Origin: a virus | Lineage: Duplodnaviria; Caudoviricetes | Length of the DNA stretch: 64,000 nt | Direction: 5' to 3' (one strand) | Virus record (IMG/VR): IMGVR_UViG_3300028593_000003 | Part shown: positions 1 through 9,874 of the stretch, one piece after another | Layout: the number at the start of each line of letters is the position of its first letter | How positions within the stretch are numbered: position 1 is the first letter of the stretch | Program-made: the position numbers and the translations under genes | Notes under the pieces: model-generated | Database searches by the model: none | Told to the model about the DNA's origin: nothing | Seen by the model: the letters and a program-made list of their open reading frames with translations, nothing else

Positions 1-120
1 CCCACTATAGTGGCACCCTTGGAATAGTGTTTTCTGAAATAATTTTTCGTGGCCTTGGGCGTACCAAAGTTCTGGGCGAAAACAACATTTTTTGATGTTA
101 TCTTTCTTATCCTTGGCATA

Positions 121-342
121 TTACCTCTTTCTCGTTTTGAGGGTTTTAAAGGTTTTGTCCTGGCACTCCTGGCAGAGATGGGAAATACCGAACTCCGTAT
201 AGGAGAGGGCGTCACGGAAGTCCTCTACATTGACCTTGTAGGAACCGCAATTCACACAACCGTGACCAGTACGGCCCCTACCGTATAGGTGTTTTGATAA
301 AGAGTTGAGAAAACTCTCCATTTCAGGTGATTTATTCGACAT
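121..342 (-). CDS. Small Zn-finger-like hypothetical protein
   Basis: CVNC...CQEC motif; RBS upstream. Confidence 0.65.
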   Translation of the reverse strand: MSNKSPEMESFLNSLSKHLYGRGRTGHGCVNCGSYKVNVEDFRDALSYTEFGISHLCQECQDKTFKTLKTRKR

Positions 343-345
343 TTT

Positions 346-579
346 TTACTCCTTGTAGTTGATGAGAACCTTTTCCTCTACAGCCTGAAAGATGTCAAGC
401 ATATCGTCATCGTGGAACCCCCACTCTGAGGCGGCCCTTTCGACTTCGGACGAATTGACAACCAATATAGGTTGTTTGTCCTCATCAAGGTACGGTAAAG
501 AAAGGTTTTTGGCGATATAGTTCGCCAGATTGTCAATCCTCAAAAAATAAGAAAGTTTATTCATTTTCCTTTTCCTCAA
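346..579 (-). CDS. Hypothetical protein
   Basis: ORF track; packed in tandem with neighbours. Confidence 0.55.
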   Translation of the reverse strand: MRKRKMNKLSYFLRIDNLANYIAKNLSLPYLDEDKQPILVVNSSEVERAASEWGFHDDDMLDIFQAVEEKVLINYKE

Positions 580-656
580 TTTTCCTTATTTCCTCTTGAA
601 GTCGTTTCAAAAGGTCTGCTTTATCCTTTTCTGAACCAACGAAAATATCGTCCATC

Positions 657-878
657 TTATTGTTCATTTTCGATATCCTCTATAACGGATAAAATCCTCT
701 GCATCGCATCCCTCTCACCCCAAAAATACTGGAACCACAACATCCTCTTCATTTCGGGGTCATCCACTGCACAAAGAGGGGTCACTACGGAGGCGGTAGT
801 TCCCTTCATATTTTTCTCTGATATCTCAATTGACCGTTTGACAACGGTTTTCAGGGATTCGAACTGTTTTCGTGTCAT
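657..878 (-). CDS. Hypothetical protein
   Basis: ORF track; AAGGAG RBS upstream. Confidence 0.6.
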   Translation of the reverse strand: MTRKQFESLKTVVKRSIEISEKNMKGTTASVVTPLCAVDDPEMKRMLWFQYFWGERDAMQRILSVIEDIENEQ

Positions 879-1033
879 TTTTTACTCCTTGACCAATTTG
901 TCTTTCTGTTTATCTGTCACAAAACACGATTTTCCTTTTCCACACAAATCCCACGCTCTTTTCGGCTTTTTACATCTTCCGTCTGTTTTTTGGTATTTGC
1001 AGTTGTCACAGACTGTATTCATATTTTCTCTCC

Positions 1034-1351
1034 TTATATGATACCCAATACCAGTAACCACGAAGGTGAACCATCCGGGCCGTGTCCATCCGGCTCGGTT
1101 TTCTTTCCGGTGACCGTCCTGGCGATACCGTCATACTCCCACCTACCGATAGTATTGAGCTTCGGCGGCTTGGTAAAGCCCGGTACATAGACAAACATAT
1201 GGGCGGTTGATATTCTCCAAGTCTCACCCATAATGGTCACATAGGTGACCCTTCTACAGTCCTCAGGGCGGAACTCGATTTTTTCAATCGGAGTACCTAC
1301 ATAGTAGATCCTACCGTTTTTCAATTTCAGGTCTTTCTTGAGTTTCAACAT
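1034..1351 (-). CDS. Phage hypothetical protein (C-terminal EPDG..PDGSPSWLLVLGII motif)
   Basis: ORF track; distinctive C-terminal motif of a type seen in small phage proteins. Confidence 0.65.
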   Translation of the reverse strand: MLKLKKDLKLKNGRIYYVGTPIEKIEFRPEDCRRVTYVTIMGETWRISTAHMFVYVPGFTKPPKLNTIGRWEYDGIARTVTGKKTEPDGHGPDGSPSWLLVLGII

Positions 1352-1480
1352 ATTACTTCGTCCTCACAGTCTGGTAGACAAAGCCACCCATAAGGTTGGC
1401 GTAGAAGAAGGCCATTTCCTTGGTGTAGGGGCCGTACATAAACCGTTTTCCGAAAATCTCTGTCACAACGTAGAATGTCA

Positions 1481-1699
1481 TTATTTAATGACCGCCTTTC
1501 TTTTGGCTTTGGGGTTGGGGATAATCATATAACCATTCACCTTCAAGTCGCCGATGGCGTTGATGGCCTTGATGGTGTTCGACTTGTGAGGTCTGTCTGC
1601 CAAGGCTTTCGCCACGATGTCGATCTGATTACAGTAGTGGCTGACCTGTTTGTGAAGTCTCAATGACCGTTTACTATCGGGGTTGACTTTTCGTGCCAT
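1481..1699 (-). CDS. Basic hypothetical protein
   Basis: TAATG coupling with the upstream ORF. Confidence 0.6.
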   Translation of the reverse strand: MARKVNPDSKRSLRLHKQVSHYCNQIDIVAKALADRPHKSNTIKAINAIGDLKVNGYMIIPNPKAKRKAVIK

Positions 1700-1905
1700 T
1701 ATATTTTCACCTTTCTTTTACGATTGATTTGAAATCCTTCCGAATTGAGGGATGACCATATGGAAACGGCTCTGTCATAAGGCTTTTCCCATCTCGACCC
1801 CCACTCAAGACCTTTCTTGATGGCCTCGATGATATCGGTATCAGTCTGTATTCTCTGGGCTAACCGGGCTCTTGAAGCCTCTGTACTTTTTCTTCCTCTG
1901 GGCAT
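1699..1905 (-). CDS. Basic hypothetical protein
   Basis: AAGGAG RBS; coupled to the next ORF. Confidence 0.6.
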   Translation of the reverse strand: MPRGRKSTEASRARLAQRIQTDTDIIEAIKKGLEWGSRWEKPYDRAVSIWSSLNSEGFQINRKRKVKI

Positions 1906-1994
1906 TGTTTATCTCCTTGTACCGATGATTACCATATAAAAGATTGAATATTCAATAACGATGGCGACAACGAAAGTGATTATCAGTTGTATCA

Positions 1995-2264
1995 TTAGCT
2001 CCTCAAATCGTCCAGTATACGGTCAAGAATGATAACCGCCCCGTACCTTATACTTTCAGGGTAAATCTGGTCAAACTTGTAAACCGGAAAGTTATAAAGT
2101 AAAGAAGCCACAGACTTACAGGCCTTGGCTTCTCTCAAATAACCGGCATCGTTCAATTTCTGGCTGTAGTCCTCAAGACAATGAACAATGGCCATACAGG
2201 GAAGGTCACCGTTGTTGTAGATGATGTTTCTTGTTCTTTCGATTCTTTCCAAAAGTTGATACAT
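1995..2264 (-). CDS. Hypothetical protein
   Basis: ORF track; translational coupling. Confidence 0.6.
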   Translation of the reverse strand: MYQLLERIERTRNIIYNNGDLPCMAIVHCLEDYSQKLNDAGYLREAKACKSVASLLYNFPVYKFDQIYPESIRYGAVIILDRILDDLRS

Positions 2265-2444
2265 TATATGAGCTCCTTGATACGGGCAAAAAACAACTCG
2301 GCACGGTATGTCGCGGCGTAAAAGGCATCCTCACCAGTATAACCGACCTTCCGCCATTCGTCATCGTGGTAGGCTTCGGTGATTTTTTCCAGTTCGTTCT
2401 TGAACGCCTCGACTTCCCTCTTGAGAAGATTTCTCTTTGTCATA

Positions 2445-2801
2445 TTATCCAATTCTCCAATTGGCGGGTTTCACAGTCAGGTGAACAGGCTTGTTGTTGT
2501 GGGGCTTACGGATAATGGTGATCCTGAAACCGTTGACAACCGACTTCGTAGAGGGCGAACGGTACAGCTGGTTGGACAACCAGTAATAGACAAGACCCTT
2601 GAAGGTGATACCGTCTACCTTACGTTTGCCGTGGTAGGAACGAAACACGTTGGGAGAAACGGTCATCCAGTTCTTGCGGACACCACCAAAGGGGCGTTTC
2701 ACGGTAGTCTGGATTTCCAGTTTTGAATTGGTGTTGAAATTGTAGACAAGTTCTTTACCGAACTTCGTGGTAGTGGGGGTAGGCTTGATACCTCTTATCA
2801 T
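2445..2801 (-). CDS. Hypothetical protein, first gene behind an early promoter
   Basis: ATG at 2801 with GAAAGGA RBS, just downstream of the promoter at 2831-2859. Confidence 0.65.
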   Translation of the reverse strand: MIRGIKPTPTTTKFGKELVYNFNTNSKLEIQTTVKRPFGGVRKNWMTVSPNVFRSYHGKRKVDGITFKGLVYYWLSNQLYRSPSTKSVVNGFRITIIRKPHNNKPVHLTVKPANWRIG

Positions 2802-2830
2802 CGTATGTCCTTTCTTGATTTTCTGTAATA

Positions 2831-2859
2831 ATTCTACCATATTACGACTATAATGTCAA
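2831..2859 (-). promoter_or_regulatory. Strong sigma70-type early promoter
   Basis: TTGACA-17 nt-TAGAAT with extended -10 TG on the minus strand. Confidence 0.8.
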
Positions 2860-2958
2860 GAATTATTTTGGTGTCACATAAAAATATATGTCAATGATTT
2901 CAGGTACTTGTAAAATATTTTCACTTTTTTTCGGGTCAAAAACCACCGGAAACCCAAA

Positions 2959-3061
2959 GTGTCAAAATATTGTCATAGTGTCAAATATTTGACGGTCTTG
3001 TGTCTCACTTTTTCCGATATATGAGACACAAAAAGAGAAATGATTATTATATGAGACACAA
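2959..3061. repeat. Intergenic direct and inverted repeats
   Basis: GTGTCAAA twice (2959, 2978); TATATGAGACACAA twice (3018, 3048); inverted TTGTGTCTCA at 2998. Confidence 0.6.
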
Positions 3062-3235
3062 TAACATTCTGTTCGAAAAGTCTCTTGAGGGTATTCTACC
3101 GGAATAGTATTGTGCCAGAGTGGTTTTCTACTTGTGAAATATTCTTGTGTGTTACTTGAAGGATGGAAAAATTGTCGTGGGGCGCCGTGTGTGTGGCCGG
3201 GGATTATATTATACCCCGGCCCTTGGTGCCTGGCT

Positions 3236-3550
3236 TTATTTCTCAAATGGGTAGAACTGGATGTTACCCGTTGCTCCACTTCCCATATACAGGCTACTGT
3301 AGGCTATGTCCTTTATATACTGTTTTCTTACGAGATATCCTATATACTTGTCATCGTTGAAATTATATCTTCCCTTGTTGTCGGGGTTTTCTTCCAGAAA
3401 TTTCTCTTTTTCTTCAAGGGGGTCAAAGGACTTTATAACCTTGAAAAGACCCATTACGGAATAGTCGGAGTATTCCCCCACATCTATCATCAGTATGGTT
3501 CCCGATTTGCAGATATTCTTGCTTTCTGTAAGGTATCTCTTTATTTTCAT
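3236..3550 (-). CDS. Putative internal virion protein (MKIKRYLTE N-terminus)
   Basis: Late-promoter-like CATAAATA at 3580-3587; N-terminus resembles the T4 capsid-targeting peptide with L-x-E. Confidence 0.55.
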   Translation of the reverse strand: MKIKRYLTESKNICKSGTILMIDVGEYSDYSVMGLFKVIKSFDPLEEKEKFLEENPDNKGRYNFNDDKYIGYLVRKQYIKDIAYSSLYMGSGATGNIQFYPFEK

Positions 3551-3598
3551 TGTTTTCCCCCTGTTTGTGTGTTTTATTGTATTTATGGAAAATGTGTA

Positions 3599-3883
3599 TT
3601 ATTCTATTGTAAACAGTTCGTCCGGTAGACTTGTCGATAAAACATATCCCGATTCGAATGGGTAATAGGGTTTCCAGTTGCAGTACCCTTCCCACTCTTC
3701 TTCTCGGGCTTCCCGTGGTTCTCCCAGTATCTTACCGTTTATCCTTATCCTGACCATACAGAGGGGTTTCTCATTGGAGTTTGGTGCCCAGTAGAGGAAA
3801 AATGTCTTTTTGATATCCTGTACGGAATAGGACATTATGGCTATATTGTGGGGGCTTTTTTCTGTGGCTTCTTTCCAGAGCAT
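3599..3883 (-). CDS. Hypothetical protein, paralog of 4171-4470
   Basis: W.EA..KSPH.IAI and EEW.G...W.PY shared; C-terminal LPDELFTIE. Confidence 0.7.
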   Translation of the reverse strand: MLWKEATEKSPHNIAIMSYSVQDIKKTFFLYWAPNSNEKPLCMVRIRINGKILGEPREAREEEWEGYCNWKPYYPFESGYVLSTSLPDELFTIE

Positions 3884-3913
3884 ATGTGTGTGTACCGTCG
3901 TAGGGGCACCCTG

Positions 3914-4165
3914 TTATTCTATTACAGTTTCGGTGGGCGCGGTTACATCCTTCCATTCGTGTCTCCCCGATTCCTGATGGAGATACTCGGAGAGTGCGTT
4001 CATCGCTTTCTGATAGGAATTGAAATCGTTTATCGGGAGAAAATCGTCGGGTAAGTCCAAGTCAGTCCATCCCCTTATGAGACAGTCTTTCCTGTACTTC
4101 TGTAATCTGTATTTCACACCGTTTGAATATATCCTGTATTTTTCACCGTTCAATTCTATTGGCAT
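3914..4165 (-). CDS. Hypothetical protein
   Basis: ATG at 4165 just after the upstream stop. Confidence 0.55.
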   Translation of the reverse strand: MPIELNGEKYRIYSNGVKYRLQKYRKDCLIRGWTDLDLPDDFLPINDFNSYQKAMNALSEYLHQESGRHEWKDVTAPTETVIE

Positions 4166-4170
4166 TTCTC

Positions 4171-4470
4171 TCACTCCACTATAAAGAGTTCTTCCGGTAG
4201 GTAGAAGTTGTTTTTTGTGTGAAATTCTCCCATATAGGGCACCCATCTGTCGAACCCTTGCCACTCTTCGGGTTCCGCTTCCCTTTCTTCAAGAAGGTGT
4301 TCACCTGCCCTTATCTGCACCGTACAATGGGGTTTCGATGAATATCTTATGTGGCCGTCCAGTACATTGACGTTACCGTAAAGGTGAAATGTCCTTATTA
4401 TAAATTCCTTTTCATATTTCAATATCGCAATGTGGTGTGGACTTTTCCTTACCGCTTCGTGCCAGTTCAT
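4171..4470 (-). CDS. Hypothetical protein, paralog of 3599-3883
   Basis: Clear pairwise similarity; C-terminal LPEELFIVE. Confidence 0.7.
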   Translation of the reverse strand: MNWHEAVRKSPHHIAILKYEKEFIIRTFHLYGNVNVLDGHIRYSSKPHCTVQIRAGEHLLEEREAEPEEWQGFDRWVPYMGEFHTKNNFYLPEELFIVE

Positions 4471-4490
4471 CTATAATCTTCCTGTCAATG

Positions 4491-4892
4491 TCATCTTTCA
4501 GATTTTTTGCTATTTTTCCTATTATCGGGCAGTCTATGTCTTTGTGGTTTCCGCCACACAGGGCACACATCATAACACATTTCATATTCTTTGTATTTTC
4601 TCCATTTACCTGTTTCAAATCCCATCTCCTTGAACCATTTTCTCCATTCTCTTTTCAGTTTGCCCCATTCTTTCACTTCGTAGGACGAATACCCGTAGAA
4701 ATCACCGTCATCGTAGCTTATGTCGTGGACACCGTACACGGTTTCAATGGCCATCATCCTTGCGGAGCCGTTGATGTTCTCATCGAAAAATCTTATCGTT
4801 TCCTCGTCATCGTCTATGTCGAAGGGGCCTGAAATGACCATAGTTACATGCGTAATATCCGTGTTCTCGTCATACAGTATGAAGGGTTTCAT
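4491..4892 (-). CDS. Hypothetical protein
   Basis: ATGA coupling at 4889-4892 with GGGAG RBS. Confidence 0.55.
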   Translation of the reverse strand: MKPFILYDENTDITHVTMVISGPFDIDDDEETIRFFDENINGSARMMAIETVYGVHDISYDDGDFYGYSSYEVKEWGKLKREWRKWFKEMGFETGKWRKYKEYEMCYDVCPVWRKPQRHRLPDNRKNSKKSER

Positions 4893-5095
4893 TCTGTTTT
4901 CTCCCTCACTTCCAGTTCCACACATCTGTACCCTATGGACTTGTAGGCTTCTATGGCTGTATAGAGGGGGGCCCTGTGGGGATTGTATTGTCCGTCCTTG
5001 TTCTGCCAGGTAAAAAAGGCGAACCACGAATTGTGTTCACTATCCGTAATCCACCATATGTAGTTTTCGGGGGTTTTTATTCCGTAGTATTTCAT
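4889..5095 (-). CDS. Hypothetical protein
   Basis: ATG at 5095 after the upstream stop. Confidence 0.55.
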   Translation of the reverse strand: MKYYGIKTPENYIWWITDSEHNSWFAFFTWQNKDGQYNPHRAPLYTAIEAYKSIGYRCVELEVREKTE

Positions 5096-5099
5096 AACA

Positions 5100-5450
5100 T
5101 CACACCTTGAAAAGCCTTTCATCCAGTATAAATTTTGATGGGCAGAATGTCCAGTTGTATTCGTCAATAGCATCCGTCAACATTCTCTTTTCCTTGTCAT
5201 CCTTCAATTTCAATACGGTATTGTCCTGTGTCTTGTCATCTCCCCAAGTCGCGAAACAGAGAGGTGAAAAACCGAAATATGTTTCTTTGTTCCTGTAGAT
5301 GGCGGGAAATATGGCAGAATAAAGAAGAACACCATTCGAAGAAGGAAAAAAATCATCTTTTTTACCGAATTTTATTCCCCTCTTTGTCTGGTGTTCAATG
5401 ACGAAAGAGTAGTCTGTCAACCATTTCAATCTTATATATTTGTTCACCAT
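5100..5450 (-). CDS. Hypothetical protein, paralog of 6228-6587
   Basis: FF.SSN.VLLYSA.FP.IYR..ET.FG and A..EYN shared; C-terminal LDERLFKV. Confidence 0.7.
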   Translation of the reverse strand: MVNKYIRLKWLTDYSFVIEHQTKRGIKFGKKDDFFPSSNGVLLYSAIFPAIYRNKETYFGFSPLCFATWGDDKTQDNTVLKLKDDKEKRMLTDAIDEYNWTFCPSKFILDERLFKV

Positions 5451-5472
5451 ACAGTTTACCTTTTCTTGGGAA

Positions 5473-5901
5473 TTATTCCCAGCTCACCTTTCGGGCGCCT
5501 TGTCTGCCGCCCTTGAGCATGAGTATCCATTTACTATAGTCCGAGAGATTGTTGAATATGGTAGCCTCGCCTTTCATCGCTTTGGTCACGGCTTTTACTT
5601 GGTCATCGTATTCCATATCGCCAAATTTGTCCTGCCACATATCACACGCCGAACAAGTACCGAAATAATACTTGTATGAAAAGACTTTTCCGTTTCTCAA
5701 TACGAGGTCAACATCCATCATACCCTGCATATCGTCACTATATTCAAGGTAGAGGACTTCCTTGACACCGCCGAGTTCCTTGACGGCTTGGGCCAGAGCG
5801 TCACCCCATGTTATATTGTCTGTAACTTTGAGAAAATCGCTGACAGAGGGATCCTGTATTATTTTCTCCCCCCACTCTTTTATGTACTGTTTGAGTTTCA
5901 T
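5473..5901 (-). CDS. Putative internal virion protein (MKLKQYIKE N-terminus)
   Basis: Coupled to 5901-6191 behind CATAAATA; I-x-E motif. Confidence 0.55.
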   Translation of the reverse strand: MKLKQYIKEWGEKIIQDPSVSDFLKVTDNITWGDALAQAVKELGGVKEVLYLEYSDDMQGMMDVDLVLRNGKVFSYKYYFGTCSACDMWQDKFGDMEYDDQVKAVTKAMKGEATIFNNLSDYSKWILMLKGGRQGARKVSWE

Positions 5902-6191
5902 TATACGATGCCCTCCGCTTCGAATTTGTCTATGAGGCTTCCTACAATCTCCTGTCCAGAGGGGTTCAGATACCTTCTGGAGCCAAGTACACAGGACAGG
6001 ACGAAATCCGCGTTGAAATAGGGTAGTGTGTCCATATCGGGATAGACACCGGCATAATCACCCATTTTCTTTATCGCGAAAATCATTATTACCTTCTCGT
6101 CGTGGGTAAGGGAACGGAAAAAGGGTAAATCCTTCAATGCGTCACCCTTGTAGTCTATTTTCCCTTCCGAAAGGTATTTTTTCATTTTCAT
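5901..6191 (-). CDS. Putative internal virion protein (MKMKKYLSE N-terminus)
   Basis: ATG 6191 with GGGGGA RBS; CATAAATA at 6225-6232. Confidence 0.55.
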   Translation of the reverse strand: MKMKKYLSEGKIDYKGDALKDLPFFRSLTHDEKVIMIFAIKKMGDYAGVYPDMDTLPYFNADFVLSCVLGSRRYLNPSGQEIVGSLIDKFEAEGIV

Positions 6192-6227
6192 ATCGTTGGA
6201 TCCCCCTGATTGGTTTCTATACAATAT

Positions 6228-6587
6228 TTATGGAATTTCGAACAATTTTTCGTCCAATGACATTCCGTTCATATTGTACTCCTTTACCGCCTGGAGTAAA
6301 TCCTGTTTTTCCTTCTCTGAATGGAGTTTCAGGATATTGAGGTCGGCCCTCTCGTCACTTCCCCGGCAGGCCAGAACCAGATCCAATCTTCCAAAGTCCG
6401 TTTCCTCATCCCTGTATATTTCTGGAAAGGCGGCAGAATACAACAATACCTTGTTGGATGAGAGAAAGAACTCCCCCTTATTACCGTGACCGAAATACGC
6501 CTCACGGTGAGACTGTTCTGAAATATAAAATTTCAGGTTACCAATCCACTCAATCTTCAGATATCTTACATCAAAAAAGTTTTCCAC
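6228..6587 (-). CDS. Hypothetical protein, paralog of 5100-5450
   Basis: Pairwise similarity; C-terminal LDEKLFEIP. Confidence 0.7.
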   Translation of the reverse strand: MENFFDVRYLKIEWIGNLKFYISEQSHREAYFGHGNKGEFFLSSNKVLLYSAAFPEIYRDEETDFGRLDLVLACRGSDERADLNILKLHSEKEKQDLLQAVKEYNMNGMSLDEKLFEIP

Positions 6588-6617
6588 TATGTCGTTTCCA
6601 CTTCTTTCAGTATTTTT

Positions 6618-6947
6618 TTATGTGGTTCTCTTGGGGAAAATCTCAATGAGATTACCTTTTGTCTTTCGTGTGTCACGATTATTATCCTGACCTTTGACAC
6701 CCTTTTGTTCGTTTTCACCATTGTATTTCTCCAAGAGAAAATCCCAATACTCTTCCATCCTGTCCGTCACATCCTCTATCTCCATCATTATTTTCTGTAG
6801 ATTGGAAATATCGGGTGTATTTGGATGATAGTCAAAATATCCGAACCTTCTGGCCTTCATTATCGCCTTTATCAATTCGGATAACTCCTCAACCAGTTTG
6901 TCCTCTATGTGTCCTATGTGTTTGTACTTCGGGTCACTCATTTCCAT
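6618..6947 (-). CDS. MazG-like NTP pyrophosphohydrolase
   Basis: EELSELIKAI...EIEDV acidic helix pair. Confidence 0.6.
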   Translation of the reverse strand: MEMSDPKYKHIGHIEDKLVEELSELIKAIMKARRFGYFDYHPNTPDISNLQKIMMEIEDVTDRMEEYWDFLLEKYNGENEQKGVKGQDNNRDTRKTKGNLIEIFPKRTT

Positions 6948-7408
6948 TCTCCATCATAATTGTCCGGCGGCTTGACTTTTGGTAAGGATATTCTTATGGA
7001 TGTTCCTATTGCCGAAATTCGGGAAATTGGATACCAATTCCTGATGATGAGTTTTTTCTTTTTCCATCTGTCCTCGATCTCAACCGTAAGATTATTACCA
7101 GCGTGAGATTTCGCCCAGTTCTTAGCGTTTTTCAAAAACCAGAAATCCTTGAAGTAACCGGAACAGTATTCGGATACCGTGGCCCTGTACCTTCTCATCT
7201 CTTCACTTCCCCACCATACAATCTTATCTTGTCCGCCAGTTTCCTGTCTTTTTCCTCTATTTTCAGATACTCGTCTATACAACATTGGTATCCCTTCAAT
7301 AGGGGTTTCCTGTATCTGTGAAGTTTCACAATCTCCATACCGGATGAATGGCTTTTCTGACAAAGTGGTACATTCATCGGGGGTTTTCTTCCTTTTGTTC
7401 CCTTTCTC

Positions 7409-7813
7409 TTATACATTTTCGTTCTCCTTATCTTTCTCATCAAGGATTTCTTTTACATAGTTGGTAAATCCCTCGTAGTCCACGGGGCTCGCCTCTATAC
7501 ACCAAGAGTAACCGTACCTTATTTTTGTGAGCTTGATACTATTTCGTTGTAATGTCTCAAGTTTCTCCTGTAAAACGATATTTTCTTTAATCAATGAACA
7601 TCCCTGACAGGAAAATCTCAGTATTGGCGGTAAGGTAATTCTCTCCTTCAGTATTTTATCGAGCTGTTCCTGTAGATAATCCCTTTCGTGTTTCACTTTG
7701 TCAAACTCTACACGGGTGACAAATGCTCGGAGGGGTTTACAGGAAACACACAAATCACCCGTATCCCCTGTTCCACCCAAGTCTATTCCACAGCCCATAC
7801 ATTTCTTATTCAT
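7409..7813 (-). CDS. Hypothetical protein with N-terminal CxxC...CxxC
   Basis: ORF track; Cys motif followed by coiled coil. Confidence 0.55.
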   Translation of the reverse strand: MNKKCMGCGIDLGGTGDTGDLCVSCKPLRAFVTRVEFDKVKHERDYLQEQLDKILKERITLPPILRFSCQGCSLIKENIVLQEKLETLQRNSIKLTKIRYGYSWCIEASPVDYEGFTNYVKEILDEKDKENENV

Positions 7814-8452
7814 TTTTTATCTCCAAGTTGATAATGTCCATATCATTTATGATTTTTTCGACGGTTTTCTTGATGTCATCCCTGCTGTATCCCCCCAAGT
7901 TTTCACCGTGTATTCTCAAAACAAATTTTGCACAGTCAAGTAATACATATAAGTCTCTCAAAGTTATTTTCATTTTATTCTCCGTCTATAAATTATACAT
8001 CGTCCTCATCATCTTCTTCCATATCCAACCCGATTAAAATCATAAGGGGCAGAAGAGGAAAAAGAAGAAGAGCAAGAATCTCTATAAACCATTCTTTTAT
8101 CTTATCCATACATCAACCATCTCAACGGTAATCCTATCAGAGTACCAAGTACGAAGCCCGGAACTATCACCGTCAGAAAACATAAAGCAAGTAAAACAGT
8201 CATCATCAGGATAACATAGGTGAGCCACTTGAAATACCAAACTATCCATTCAATCACATTATTTGTTTCCGGTATTTTCGGTTCCGTTATCATCTTATTT
8301 CTCCGTATATCTATATTCGAGTACACCCAAAAGAAGGATGCCCACAAAAAGAAACCATCCCCATCCTGATATACCATTTACAGCCATATACACAGCACCA
8401 CCAATACAGATGGACGAAGGTATAATAGCAGCCAATGTCACAAAAAACAGTT

Positions 8453-8884
8453 TCATCGTTCTACCACCTTTATAGTTTTTATTCTTACAGGCCACACATA
8501 GGGCACATATTTCTTGTGGTTCCAGTATTCACCGTAATGGTGAGGATGTTTCCATTGAAGGTTGACCTGATGTGAATGATGGAAATCCTTTCGCCCCAAC
8601 CATATCGGCCACCTGACTTTTTTCGTGTCCACTTTATACAGGGGCATCGTATTGTTGTAGCCTCTGTGCACCCACTCTTTCACCATTACATTGTAATATG
8701 CCTTGAGGGCATCGGGATAATCCATCCACATCAATACGGCCGGATGATGTTTCCATCCACCTTTACCCCTACCCTCTATTATGTCAATGATGATTTTGGC
8801 CTCAAGCCTCTGTTTACCGAGCCTCTTGTAGTCAAGGACACGGGCAGATTTCTTGAAACTCTTGTATGGAAGAAATGTCTGCAT
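8453..8884 (-). CDS. Pyrimidine-dimer DNA glycosylase-like protein (MSMEG_6728/DenV-related)
   Basis: MQTFLPY...LD.KRLGKQR.E...W.HHPAV.MW...EW..RGY signature. Confidence 0.85.
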   Translation of the reverse strand: MQTFLPYKSFKKSARVLDYKRLGKQRLEAKIIIDIIEGRGKGGWKHHPAVLMWMDYPDALKAYYNVMVKEWVHRGYNNTMPLYKVDTKKVRWPIWLGRKDFHHSHQVNLQWKHPHHYGEYWNHKKYVPYVWPVRIKTIKVVER

Positions 8885-9141
8885 TACTTTTCACACTCTT
8901 TCAACTCGTAATCATAAAATAGGTCAGTATCATATTTTTCCGTGTTTTCGTGAGTTCTCACATATTTGAGTTTATACCAACACTCTTTACTGCTACAGGA
9001 TGCTGTCATCACCAATCCTTTTCTATTGTCTATTTTTATACAGACAATATCGCCCACTTTGTATTGGGGCTTCAGGTCTGGCGCACTATCGCCACAGGAA
9101 CACAAAAACAACACGACAATCAACAACACAATCTTTTTCAT
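8884..9141 (-). CDS. Putative lipoprotein with SH3/KOW-like domain
   Basis: MKK, hydrophobic stretch and lipobox-like Cys (LCSC); YKVGDIV motif. Confidence 0.55.
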   Translation of the reverse strand: MKKIVLLIVVLFLCSCGDSAPDLKPQYKVGDIVCIKIDNRKGLVMTASCSSKECWYKLKYVRTHENTEKYDTDLFYDYELKECEK

Positions 9142-9335
9142 TCAGGAAAACCTCTTTATCAGAAAATAACAAAACAATAACAGCAATCCCATAGGGAATA
9201 TGAGACACAATGTAAACAGGAAAAACCGGAAGGCATCCTTTTTGGTCTTGAAATGAGCGCCATCACCGGGCATAGAGTACATCTCTATCCTGTCGGGGTC
9301 AATAAAGGCCCATACTCTTTTCAGAAGTGTTTTCA

Positions 9336-9503
9336 TTATTTCTTATTTCTGTATTTCTTCAGTATTTTCTCGACTTCTTTTGGTTCCAGTAAAGCAAGAG
9401 CCTTGAGGGTCAGTTTGATAATTTCCTTCACTTGAGCGATGGAGACTTGTACCTTTTTCCCCTCAAGTAATGTAATGTTTTTTGCAAATTCATTCATATT
9501 CAT
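9336..9503 (-). CDS. 55-aa basic protein, weakly resembling the HU N-terminal helices (not in the ORF track)
   Basis: AAGGAG RBS; TAATG coupling; MNMNEFAKNITLLEGKKVQVSIAQVKEII. Confidence 0.55.
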   Translation of the reverse strand: MNMNEFAKNITLLEGKKVQVSIAQVKEIIKLTLKALALLEPKEVEKILKKYRNKK

Positions 9504-9874
9504 ATTATTCTCCTTTTTTTATCCAGATATCCAGACTTTTTGGTATAGATGAAGCAGTAGAATAAACAGATTTCCTTTCAACTATACTGTAAATTTTGTA
9601 ACTTATTCTCACATCAGAATGGGGATAGTCAGAAATGAAAATCTCACATTCTTGGTCACATTTTGATAAAGCTTCCACCAATTCTCTTACTTTCATATTT
9701 GATCCTTCAATTTCTTTCCACAAAACGGACAATATTTGGCTATCGGGCCGTCATCGGGATACCATATATCGTGAGTAGATAAAAATATCCATGCGTCATT
9801 CTCAATCTTTATCCATTTCTTGAACTTTTTACAACTACATCTTTCTTCTATTGATTTCACTTTCTCATTCTTTT

